Positions 1 to 8,962 of a DNA stretch of 64,000 nt are shown in pieces. This DNA is from Candidatus Carthagonibacter metallireducens (lineage in GTDB: Bacteria > Gemmatimonadota > Gemmatimonadetes > Palauibacterales > Palauibacteraceae): positions 1,925 through 65,924 of the forward strand of contig JAMJQQ010000119.1 of NCBI GenBank assembly GCA_023554445.1, written 5' to 3'. The position numbers and the translations under genes are program-made. How positions within the stretch are numbered: position 1 is the first letter of the stretch; the number at the start of each line of letters is the position of its first letter. A model generated the notes under the pieces. It saw nothing but the letters and a program-made list of their open reading frames with translations. It made no database searches and was not told where the DNA came from.

Positions 1-1436
1 AGGGCCGCCACCAGTACACGCCAGAAGGGCTCTACGGACGGCACTTTCACGCGCTCGTCGGGCGAGTGCGGAAAGTCGATCTGAGGACCGAAGGAGATCA
101 TGTCCATCCCCGGGTACTTCTCGCCGATGATTCCGCACTCGAGTCCGGCGTGCACGGCTCCGACTTCGGGATTCTCCCCCGTCTCCGTCTCGTAGACGTC
201 AGCCATGACCGCCAGCACCTCGGACGATGTATCGGGCTTCCAGCCGGGGTAGCCGTCCTTTTCCTGCACTTCCGCCCCCGCCAGCGCGCCGATCGCCTGG
301 ATGCGCTGGCGAACGGCCGACAGAGCAGTCATCACCGAGCTCCGGGTGCTGGTCAGCACCTTCACCGCGTCCCCTGCGTCCTTTACGACCGCGAGATTCG
401 TGCTGGTCTCGACCAGGCCTTCAATGTCCGGGCTCATGCCGAGAACCCCGTGCGGCAAGGCCGTCACGAGCTCCAGCATCTTCCGCGTACCGGCGGCGTC
501 GATCGCGTCCGCCGGAAGCCCGACGTCCCCGACCTTCCAGGCGAAGCCCGGGTCGATCGACTGCAGCTCCGCCTTGATCGCCTCGAATTCGCATGCCAGG
601 AGTCCCCGGATCGTTTCTGCGGCACCCGCCGGCGCGACGATCACGGCGTCGGCTTCCCGGGGAATCGCGTTGTGCGCGTTGCCTCCCTTGAAGGAGGCCA
701 CCCGAAGCTCCTCGCGAAGCAGCGATGAGTAGAGAACCCGTCCCAGCAGCCGGACGGCATTTCCGCGCTGCAAGTGAATGTCGACGCCCGAATGGCCGCC
801 CTTCATCCCCTCGACCCGGATCGAGATGGCCTGCCAGTCGCCCGGAATTCCGGTACGGTTGACGGGCAGGGTCAGGTGAGTGTCCGCTCCTCCCGCACAC
901 CCGATCGTCAGGACGCCCTCCTCCTCCGAGTCCAGGTTGATCAGGCGCCTGCCCTGTAGCAGGTCCTCGGCAAGGCCACCCGCGCCGGTCAGGCCGGTTT
1001 CCTCGTCGATCGTGAACAGAAACTCGAGGGGGCCGTGGGCGATGTCGTCCGCCTCGAGGATCGCCAGCATGGCGGCCACCCCGATTCCGTTGTCGGAGCC
1101 GAGCGTCGTGCCGTCCGCGGTGAGATATTCGCCGTCCATTACTGGCCGGATCGCTTCCGTATCGAAGTCGAACTCCGTCTCGCTGTTCTTCTCCTGCACC
1201 ATGTCGAGGTGCGCCTGCAGCACGATGATCGGTGCGCCTTCCCGATCCGCCGTCCCCGGCTTGCGGACGACGACGTTGCCGACGGAGTCCACTACGTGAT
1301 CCAGCCCGGCCCCGTCCGCGATCGCCACTACGTGTGCCCGAGCGGCCTCCTCCTTCTTGGAACCGCGCGGGATGGTCAGAATCGTATCGAAATGGCCCCA
1401 GAGAGTCGTGGGCTGGAGCTCGGAAACGAACGACAT
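1..1436 (-). CDS. pepD: Aminoacyl-histidine dipeptidase (M20C, PepD); 3' end runs off the window
   Basis: Translated by hand from ATG 1436 (RBS AAGGAG): MSFVSELQPTTLWGHFDTILTIPRGSKKE...LQAHLDMV...TTLGSDNGIG...FTIDEETGL. Confidence 0.9.
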   Translation of the reverse strand, partial: MSFVSELQPTTLWGHFDTILTIPRGSKKEEAARAHVVAIADGAGLDHVVDSVGNVVVRKPGTADREGAPIIVLQAHLDMVQEKNSETEFDFDTEAIRPVMDGEYLTADGTTLGSDNGIGVAAMLAILEADDIAHGPLEFLFTIDEETGLTGAGGLAEDLLQGRRLINLDSEEEGVLTIGCAGGADTHLTLPVNRTGIPGDWQAISIRVEGMKGGHSGVDIHLQRGNAVRLLGRVLYSSLLREELRVASFKGGNAHNAIPREADAVIVAPAGAAETIRGLLACEFEAIKAELQSIDPGFAWKVGDVGLPADAIDAAGTRKMLELVTALPHGVLGMSPDIEGLVETSTNLAVVKDAGDAVKVLTSTRSSVMTALSAVRQRIQAIGALAGAEVQEKDGYPGWKPDTSSEVLAVMADVYETETGENPEVGAVHAGLECGIIGEKYPGMDMISFGPQIDFPHSPDERVKVPSVEPFWRVLVAA

Positions 1437-1698
1437 GGCAGTGCTCCTTCGCTGAGTGGCAAGCTTGACCGCCCGCCGGCCGGATCGATCGTCCGGTGAC
1501 GGGCCCGTACCGGTCGGAACCGGACCCGGGACGATACAACGGACACTCGTTCGCGTCCACGGATCCTCGGTCGCCCCGCAACGGCCGCCGGCTGGCGGGC
1601 TCCGACCGCGGGATGCAACTTGCCCGGTCGCTGCGACACCCGGGATCGATCCAGGATCTCTCACGCCCAGAGCGCCGGCCCGTTCCGGTGGAGGCCCG

Positions 1699-3672
1699 AT
1701 GAGCGAACAGAAGCACGTACCCTACGTTCCCGTCACCACCGACATGGCAGAGCTGACCGTCAAGGCGGTAGCGCTCGGCGTGGTCATGGCGATCGTGCTG
1801 GGGGCGGCCAATGCGTACGTGGGCATGAAAGCGGGCCTCACGGTGGCTGCGGCCTTCCCCGCCGCTGTCGTGGCGATGGCCGTTCTGCGACCGTTCAACG
1901 GGACGATTCTCGAGGAGAACATCGCCCGCACCACGGCGTCCGTAGGGGAATCGCTGATGGCGGGAGCGATCTTCACGATTCCCGCGTTCGTGATCACCGG
2001 CGCCTGGGATACTCTCCGATACTGGGAGAGCACGGCGATCATGTTCATTGGCGGCGTGCTCGGCGTTCTGTTCGTGATCGTGCTGCGGCGTACGCTGGTC
2101 GTCGAGGCCGACCTCCCCTTTCCGGAGAGCGTGGCCGCGGCCGAAATCGTCAAAGCCGGGCAGGGCGGACAGACAGGCGCGAAGTACGTGGTCGCGGGCC
2201 TCGGTCTGGCAGCGTTCTGGGAGCTGTTCAAGAACAGCAACGGGATCCTGCTGATCAAGGAGAAGACGGAAGCGGTCGTCGAGTTCGGCCGCTCCAGCAT
2301 CGAGATCCTGGGCGTTCCCACGGAGTACCCGGGTGGAGGACTCTATCTTTCGAGCCCGGCGGCCTCTCCCATGCTCATGGGCGTGGGATACATCATCGGC
2401 CTCCGGCTCTCGGCCGTCGTCTTCGCCGGGGCCGTGATCGGCTGGCTGTTTCTCGTGCCGCTGGCGGTCTTTCTCAACCCGGCGCTCTCGGAGGCCGCGG
2501 CCGCCGATCCGGGCGGCATGATCGCACTCTCCGAGGACGTCTGGTTCAACCAGGTCAGGCCGCTGGCGGTCGGGACGATGATCGTGGCCGCCTTCTACAC
2601 CCTCTACAACCTGCGGGGGCCTCTGGTCTCGGGGATCCGCAAGGCGTTCGGGGACATCGGTTCGGCAGGCGACGGTGAGACGCGAGATCGGACGGACGTA
2701 GACCTCCCCTTCAGCCGTGTCATCCCGGCCATCGGTATCATGGCGATCGCCACCTTCTTCCTCTACTGGTATTTTGCGCAGAACATCGTCGGGGCGTTGA
2801 TTCTCACCGTCGTCATGGTGATTCTCGGTTTCCTGTTCGCTGCCGTGGCCGGCTACCTGGTCGGTTTGATCGGCAACTCCAACAATCCGATCTCGGGACT
2901 GACCCTGAGTGCCCTGCTGATCGCGGCGATCCTGATGGTCGCGATCGGACTCACCGACGTGCACGGCGTGGCCGCGGTCCTGGCGGTAGCGGGAGTCGTC
3001 TGCTGTGCGGCGGGAATAGCGGGTGACATGATGCAGGATCTGAAGGTCGGACACATTCTCGGCGGCACGCCCTGGCGGATGGAGGTCGGCGAGATCATCG
3101 GGGTCATAGGCGCTTCGCTGGTACTCGCGGTCGCCCTGAACGTCATGCACGGCGCGTACACGATCGGATCGGCGGAGCTTCCCGCCCCCCAGGCGGGATT
3201 GATGGCCCTGATCGCCAACGGCATCGTCGGGGGCGAAATGGCCTGGCCGCTGGTGATCGTCGGCATGTTCTTCGCCGTCGGACTGATCCTGGTCGAGGCC
3301 CCCGCACCGATGCTGATCGCAGTCGGAATGTATCTTCCTTTCTATTCGACGGCGGCGATCTTCGCCGGCGGACTGATTCACTGGGGCTTCACCCGCGCCC
3401 TCGACAGGCGCAACGCGACCGACGGCGAACGCACGGCGGCCACGAACAAGGGGATCCTGCTCTCCTCCGGGTTCATCGCCGGCGAATCGCTGATGGCCGT
3501 ACTGCTCGCCTTCCTGTTCATGGGTTCGGACTTCGTGCCCGCGATCGGGCGGACCCTGGAAGCTCTCACGCCATCGGGCGAACCGAGCTTTCTGCTGGGC
3601 CTGCTGATCTACCCGGTCGTCATCTGGCTTCTCGCCTGGCTGCCGCTCAAGGAAGTGGACGGGCGCGATTGA
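1699..3672 (+). CDS. OPT-family oligopeptide transporter
   Basis: ELTVKAVALG, NAYVGMKAGLT, ILEENIARTTAS, LPFPE, SNNPISG, MQDLKVGHILG, LPAPQAGLM; ATG 1699 after GGAGG. Confidence 0.92.
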   Translation: MSEQKHVPYVPVTTDMAELTVKAVALGVVMAIVLGAANAYVGMKAGLTVAAAFPAAVVAMAVLRPFNGTILEENIARTTASVGESLMAGAIFTIPAFVITGAWDTLRYWESTAIMFIGGVLGVLFVIVLRRTLVVEADLPFPESVAAAEIVKAGQGGQTGAKYVVAGLGLAAFWELFKNSNGILLIKEKTEAVVEFGRSSIEILGVPTEYPGGGLYLSSPAASPMLMGVGYIIGLRLSAVVFAGAVIGWLFLVPLAVFLNPALSEAAAADPGGMIALSEDVWFNQVRPLAVGTMIVAAFYTLYNLRGPLVSGIRKAFGDIGSAGDGETRDRTDVDLPFSRVIPAIGIMAIATFFLYWYFAQNIVGALILTVVMVILGFLFAAVAGYLVGLIGNSNNPISGLTLSALLIAAILMVAIGLTDVHGVAAVLAVAGVVCCAAGIAGDMMQDLKVGHILGGTPWRMEVGEIIGVIGASLVLAVALNVMHGAYTIGSAELPAPQAGLMALIANGIVGGEMAWPLVIVGMFFAVGLILVEAPAPMLIAVGMYLPFYSTAAIFAGGLIHWGFTRALDRRNATDGERTAATNKGILLSSGFIAGESLMAVLLAFLFMGSDFVPAIGRTLEALTPSGEPSFLLGLLIYPVVIWLLAWLPLKEVDGRD

Positions 3673-3697
3673 GCCTGCACCGACGCGGAGCGACTGC

Positions 3698-4078
3698 ATG
3701 AGCCTCAGCCGCCCGTGGCGGCGGAAGCGCCGACACGAGGGGGTCAATCTGTTGCATCTCCGACCCATCCGGCAGGCCGACTGGACGGATGCCGACGGAC
3801 CGGTGATGCTGACCCGCTGGCACCCGAAGCGTCGCGGAGCGAAGGGGCTCACGGCGCGGCTCGACCACTGGCTCGGCACCCCGAAGCTGAAGCTCGACGA
3901 GACCGGCACCTTCGCGTGGCGCCGATTCGACGGAGAGACGACCGTAGGCGAGGTGGCGGCCGCGCTCCGCGACACGTACGGCGAAAGCGCCGAGCCCGTG
4001 GAACAGCGACTCGGCGCCTTCGTTCGTCTCCTGCACCGGGAGGGCTTGATCCGCTACGCGGAGCTCGACGCTCCCTGA
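3698..4078 (+). CDS. PqqD-family (RRE-like) small protein
   Basis: KLKLDETGTFAWRRFDGETTVGEVAAALRDTY...FVRLLHREGLI matches the PqqD winged-helix pattern. Confidence 0.75.
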   Translation: MSLSRPWRRKRRHEGVNLLHLRPIRQADWTDADGPVMLTRWHPKRRGAKGLTARLDHWLGTPKLKLDETGTFAWRRFDGETTVGEVAAALRDTYGESAEPVEQRLGAFVRLLHREGLIRYAELDAP

Positions 4079-4106
4079 GCGCACGATCGCGCCATCGACG
4101 GCAGCT

Positions 4107-5447
4107 TCAGACCACGTCCGACAGCGCCGGACGGAGAATCTCGATCGCACGATCAACATCCGCCTCTGAGAAGATCAGCGACGGTCGGAAGCGCAGAGAC
4201 CGGGGCCCGCACGTCAGCGTGGCCAGCCCGGCTTCCCAGCAACTCGTCCGGATCGCGTCGCGCGTCGCGCCGTCCGGGAGGTCGAAGGCGAGGAACAACC
4301 CGAGGCCGCGGGCGTTGCTCACCGTGCCCGGGAACTCCCTCTCCAACCCGGCGAGACGATCGAGGAAGTACGCCCCGACCCGCGCGGCATTGTCCACCAG
4401 GTCTTCATCCCGGATGATCTCGAGGTAGCGGGCACACCGGATCATGTCCACCAGGTTTCCTCCCCAGGTCGAATTGATCCGGGAGGAGAGGTGGAAGACG
4501 TTGTCATCCACCTCGTCGATTCGTCGTGTGGACATCATGCCGCAGACCTGCGTTTTCTTGCCGAAGGCAACCAGGTCGGGAGTCACGCCGAGCGCCTGGA
4601 ACGCCCACATCGCACCGGTCGTCCCCATCCCTGTCTGAACCTCGTCGAAGATCAGCAGCGCGTCCCGCTCGTCGGCGATCCTCCGAAGCTCCAACAGGAA
4701 CTCGGGCCGGAAGTGATTGTCCCCACCCTCACCCTGGATCGGCTCGATCAGAATCGCGGCGATGCCGTGCGGGTCCGAGTCGAAGGCGCGCTCGATTTCG
4801 GCGACCGCCGCCGCCTCGGCTGCCGCCGCCGTTTCCTCGTCGATCGGATACTTCACCTTCGGATTCGTGACCCGGGGCCAGTCGAACTTCGGGAACAGTG
4901 CGGTCTTGTTCGGATCGGTGTTCGTGACCGAGAGCGTGTATCCACTGCGGCCGTGAAATGCCTCCCTGAAGTGGAGGATGCGGTCTCCGCCGCCCTCGAT
5001 TCCCTGCTCCCGGTTCTTCCTGGCTTTCCAGTCGAAGGCCGCCTTCATCGCGTTCTCGACCGCGAGGGCTCCTCCGGCCACGAAGAACAGGTAGCGAAAC
5101 TCGTCGGGTACCGCGATCTCCCGGAAAGTGCGCACGAACGAGGCGAATTCGCGGGAATAGACATCGCTGTTCGCCGGGTTCTCGATCGCCGCGCGCATTA
5201 GAGTTTCCTGAAACTCCGGATCATCCAGTCCCGGGTGATTGTGCCCGATCGGAAGGGTCGCGAAGAAAGTGTAGCAGTCGATGTATTCCTTGCCCTCGAG
5301 CGCATCGACCATCGTCGAACCGTGCGAACGCTCGAGGTCGATGACGATATGAAAGCCATCCACGAGAATGTTCTCTTCCAGGGTCGGAAACACTTCCTCG
5401 GCCGGAAGCAGCGTGGAACCCGAAATCGTCTGAGATGGTGCGGGCAT
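4107..5447 (-). CDS. lat: L-lysine 6-transaminase (class III PLP aminotransferase)
   Basis: GALAVENAMKAAFDWK, AFHGRSGYTLS, EPIQGEGGDNHF, FDEVQTG, FGKKTQVCG, SRINSTWGGN. Confidence 0.92.
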   Translation of the reverse strand: MPAPSQTISGSTLLPAEEVFPTLEENILVDGFHIVIDLERSHGSTMVDALEGKEYIDCYTFFATLPIGHNHPGLDDPEFQETLMRAAIENPANSDVYSREFASFVRTFREIAVPDEFRYLFFVAGGALAVENAMKAAFDWKARKNREQGIEGGGDRILHFREAFHGRSGYTLSVTNTDPNKTALFPKFDWPRVTNPKVKYPIDEETAAAAEAAAVAEIERAFDSDPHGIAAILIEPIQGEGGDNHFRPEFLLELRRIADERDALLIFDEVQTGMGTTGAMWAFQALGVTPDLVAFGKKTQVCGMMSTRRIDEVDDNVFHLSSRINSTWGGNLVDMIRCARYLEIIRDEDLVDNAARVGAYFLDRLAGLEREFPGTVSNARGLGLFLAFDLPDGATRDAIRTSCWEAGLATLTCGPRSLRFRPSLIFSEADVDRAIEILRPALSDVV

Positions 5448-5685
5448 GAGCCTCCTCCTTGGGGCGGTTGCGATATGGATGCCAAGCTACAAGTCCGGCC
5501 GGCCCCGGGACAGGACCGCCGATACGCGCGCCGCGGTGCCCCGGGGGGCCGATTCGAAGTGCCGATCGATCGGGTGCAGGAGCGGAGAGACGACCGCGTA
5601 ACTCATTCTGAACGTTACCGCTGGACGCGGTAACCTGATCTGCTTTAGATGCCGGCGCAAACGAGAGTCCTCGACGAGAACCCGG

Positions 5686-6324
5686 CTATGCGAGCCCCAC
5701 CGCTCCGAGGTGCGTGCTGACGACCTCCTCGACGGACTCCCCGTCCCAGATGCCGGGACCGACCGGGAGCTGCAACCCTTCGACGTTGCGAGAGAGCGAG
5801 GTGAGGGCACGCGCCATCTGCAGCATGGGATCCGCATCGAACTTGGAGCCGACGTACATGTCGAGCTGCGACGCGATCGGCTCTCCGATCAGTCGACGCA
5901 TTGCCTCGTTCGCCGCTGCGAGATCGGGACTGAACAGCCTCCGCCCGGTCTCGTTTTCATGTCGGTCGGACAGCGCCTGAAGCAGGGTCAGCGAGCAGTA
6001 CGCGTCGTCGAGAACCCCGAGCAGGCCCAGCCGATCGGGAATCATGTCTTCGGCCATAGCCCAGTATGACACGGCAGACTCGAGCACCGAGGACATTTCC
6101 GATTCGAGTCCAGCGATCCTCGCCGTCTCCATGCCGTCGCGGAACAGGCCGGGAACATGCCTCACGTAGTCCATGACGAAGCCGACGGCACCGTCGAGAT
6201 CAGCATCCCCTGCCTCCTGTCCGTGCTGCCTCGCGTGCTCCCACAGGGCGCGGCGCAGGCGTCCCGATCGCCCTTCGTCGCGCACTGCCTCCTCGATCTG
6301 AAGTTCAACCCGCTCGACGTCCAC
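5686..6324 (-). CDS. YkvA/DUF1232-like protein
   Basis: YWAMAEDMIPDRLGLLGVLDDAY motif. Confidence 0.6.
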   Translation of the reverse strand: MDVERVELQIEEAVRDEGRSGRLRRALWEHARQHGQEAGDADLDGAVGFVMDYVRHVPGLFRDGMETARIAGLESEMSSVLESAVSYWAMAEDMIPDRLGLLGVLDDAYCSLTLLQALSDRHENETGRRLFSPDLAAANEAMRRLIGEPIASQLDMYVGSKFDADPMLQMARALTSLSRNVEGLQLPVGPGIWDGESVEEVVSTHLGAVGLA

Positions 6325-6515
6325 GCTCGATGCCTCCGTCTCTGTCTTCGACCGTCGCGCTGGTCGCGGTGCACGAATAGCTTATTCCCGGTCGCCGCGC
6401 CGGCGGCGCTCCTCGAATCCTTGACCGGATTCATGATATCACACGCTGAGGCGTACGGCTCGGGCTCCGCACCCCTTCGCAGAGTCTCGGGCCCGGCCGC
6501 CCGAGGAGTCCAACC

Positions 6516-7952
6516 ATGAGGTTGAGAATCCGTACGGCCCCCCTCGCGGTCCTTCTGACCCTCTGCCTCGGGTCGGCTGACCTGCGAGCCCAGAATCCCG
6601 AATTCCGCGAATACTTCGCCGATCGAACGATGCGCGTCGATTACTTCCACACGGGATCAGCGGAGCTGGAGGTGATCAGCCTCGACCGTGTGGTCTCCGA
6701 CGGTCCGTGGGCAGGACCCCGCGACCGGCTCGTCGACGAGTCGAACATGGGCAAGTTCCGCTTCGAGGTCCGGGACGCCGACAGCGGTGCTCTGCTGTAC
6801 TCGCGTGGCTTCGCATCGATCTACGGCGAGTGGGAGACTACGGCCGAAGCGGCGCAGCTGCAGAGGACGTTTCACGAGTCGTTGCGCTTCCCGTGGCCCC
6901 TGAGACCGATCAGGGTGATCCTGCACAGGCGGACCGGACCGCGCGCGTTCGCTCAGATCTGGGAGACCGTCGTCGATCCCGGGTCGAGGTTCATCAACGC
7001 CGCCGACAGAGGCCCGGGCGGTCCGGTGCACACGCTCTTTCAGAGCGGTCCGCCTTCCGAGAAGGTGGATCTCGTGCTCGTCGGCGAGGGATACACGCCC
7101 GAGCAGGAATCGAAGTTCCTGGCAGATGCCCGACGCCTGAGCGAAGCGCTGTTCGAGACCGAACCGTTTCGCGCCCGCAAGAGTGACTTCAACGTACTGG
7201 CCGTATTCGTGCCCGCCGAGCGCCCGGGCGTGAACAGACCGCATGTCGGAGAGTTCCGGCGCACCCCCCTGTCGACCGAGTTCAACATCTTCGATTCGGA
7301 GCGGTATCTGCTCACGCTCGACAATCGAGCCCTCAGGGAAGCCCTGTCCGGCGTGCCCTACGAGTTCGTCGAGATTCTCGTGAACGAGAAGCAATACGGC
7401 GGAGGCGGGATCTTCAATTTCCAGTCAACGGTGGCCGTCGATTCCGAGTTCGCCGATTACGTGTTCGTCCACGAATTCGGACACCATTTCGCCGGGCTCG
7501 CCGACGAGTACTACACCTCGGACGTGTCTTACGAAACGGGGGGTGAAACGCACCCGGAGCCATGGGAGCCCAACGTGACCGCCCTGCATGATCCCGAGGG
7601 GCTCAAGTGGGGAGACCTGGTCACGCCGAGCACCCCTATTCCCACTCCGTGGGGAAAAGAAGCATACGAGGAGCATTCCAACCGGATTCGGGCCCAGCGG
7701 AGGGCACTGGTTGAGCGCACGGCCCCCGAGTCGGAATTCGACGACCTGTTCGCCCGGCAGCGCGAGATCGAGAGGGAGCTGCTCTCGGCGATGCAGTTCG
7801 CGAATCGGGTGGGCGCATTCGAAGGGGCGATGTACGAGGCGCGAGGGCTGTACCGGTCCGAGATCGACTGCATCATGTTCACCCGGGCCGAGTTCTTCTG
7901 TCACGTATGCCGGCGGGCGATCCAGAGAATCATCGATCTCTACGCGGGCTGA
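6516..7952 (+). CDS. Secreted peptidase M64 (IgA peptidase-like)
   Basis: Signal peptide, RTMRVDYFHTG, VDLVLVGEGY, YGGGG, HEFGHHFAGLADEY, CIM..FCHVC. Confidence 0.88.
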   Translation: MRLRIRTAPLAVLLTLCLGSADLRAQNPEFREYFADRTMRVDYFHTGSAELEVISLDRVVSDGPWAGPRDRLVDESNMGKFRFEVRDADSGALLYSRGFASIYGEWETTAEAAQLQRTFHESLRFPWPLRPIRVILHRRTGPRAFAQIWETVVDPGSRFINAADRGPGGPVHTLFQSGPPSEKVDLVLVGEGYTPEQESKFLADARRLSEALFETEPFRARKSDFNVLAVFVPAERPGVNRPHVGEFRRTPLSTEFNIFDSERYLLTLDNRALREALSGVPYEFVEILVNEKQYGGGGIFNFQSTVAVDSEFADYVFVHEFGHHFAGLADEYYTSDVSYETGGETHPEPWEPNVTALHDPEGLKWGDLVTPSTPIPTPWGKEAYEEHSNRIRAQRRALVERTAPESEFDDLFARQREIERELLSAMQFANRVGAFEGAMYEARGLYRSEIDCIMFTRAEFFCHVCRRAIQRIIDLYAG

Positions 7953-7995
7953 ATCGGCTCGCGGGCTGCCCTCTGCGCTGCGGGTGAGCGATCGG

Positions 7996-8202
7996 CTACC
8001 ACTTGTCCTTGTCGACGAAGGTGGTGCGGATCACGATCCCGAGGATCCGATCGACCCGGAAGCAGCTCTTCCCGAAGCAGACCACCGGTGCGCCCTGGGC
8101 AAGAGCTTCCGCATAGATCCGCTTGGGATTCTCGCTGTCCGGCGCATCCACCATGATCGGGTGAACCGTATCGGGCCCCTGCACCAGTACCTGCAGTTCC
8201 AT
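7996..8202 (-). CDS. Hypothetical 68-aa protein
   Basis: GAAGGAG RBS before ATG (MELQVLVQGP...KDKW); GC3-rich codons; fills an intergenic gap. Confidence 0.55.
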   Translation of the reverse strand: MELQVLVQGPDTVHPIMVDAPDSENPKRIYAEALAQGAPVVCFGKSCFRVDRILGIVIRTTFVDKDKW

Positions 8203-8427
8203 CGTCACTCCTTCCGACCTCTGAGTCGGCTGAGAGGGAACGCCGCCGCGCCAGCGAGGCGACGGACCGGTAGCTTCCCGGGGCTGAACAAGATAGCGGC
8301 ACATGCCCCGCGGCATCCAGCCCGGAGGATCGTCACCGGGCCGTTCCTCGCGAACCCCGATTCACGTTAGATTGATCGGGCGCGAGCTTCGGCCGACCGG
8401 AATTCGCATTTCCCAGGGAGACCAGGC

Positions 8428-8961
8428 ATGCTCAGCTTCAACGAATGCTCCGGGTCCGGCCCAGATCGCGCCGCAGGCGCAGGTTCGATCGGCATTCTAC
8501 TAATTGGATTGGCGGTCGCCGCCTGCGCCTCCGCCGGAGGATTCCGCGAGACGAACCTCGACAACCTGGACCGCTTGAGAACCGGCATGACGCGGGATCA
8601 GGTTTTCGACGTAATGGGAACCGAGAGCGTGAGCGCGGCCGGCACCGAATCGGCGGGACCGGTGGGAATCGCGGAGGATACGCTGGGGGTGAACAGCCTT
8701 CAGGTCCCGATCGGTGGACCGAGGCCGGTGCTGCAGAACCCTCACCGCAACGAGGTCTACGAGGCGGATGGATCCGACTGGGAGGTCCTGTTCTACTACA
8801 CGCGCGTCTCCGCCGACGACGGACGGGTGACCGACGACGAGCTCACCCCAGTCGTGCTGCGAGACGGCACGCTCGTCGGCATCGGCTGGGAGTACTGGGC
8901 CGAACAGGCATCTCTGTACGCGATCCCCGCCCCGCTGCCGGAGTCCGAGGACGGGACCTGA
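8428..8961 (+). CDS. DUF3192/BamE-like lipoprotein
   Basis: Lipobox VAAC; LRTGMTRDQVFDVMG; EVLFYYT; DELTPVVLRDGTLVGIGW. Confidence 0.65.
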   Translation: MLSFNECSGSGPDRAAGAGSIGILLIGLAVAACASAGGFRETNLDNLDRLRTGMTRDQVFDVMGTESVSAAGTESAGPVGIAEDTLGVNSLQVPIGGPRPVLQNPHRNEVYEADGSDWEVLFYYTRVSADDGRVTDDELTPVVLRDGTLVGIGWEYWAEQASLYAIPAPLPESEDGT

Positions 8962-8962
8962 A

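Noticed and set aside
421..3975. 1184-aa minus-strand ORF
   Set aside because: Mostly the antisense shadow of the OPT gene, and out of frame with pepD; Arg/Gly-rich with no motifs, typical of high-GC DNA
5448..5685. Lysine riboswitch before lat
   Set aside because: No L-box consensus; only a hairpin (GTTACCGC/GCGGTAAC, ~5613-5633) and a TAGCTT -10 box close to the start
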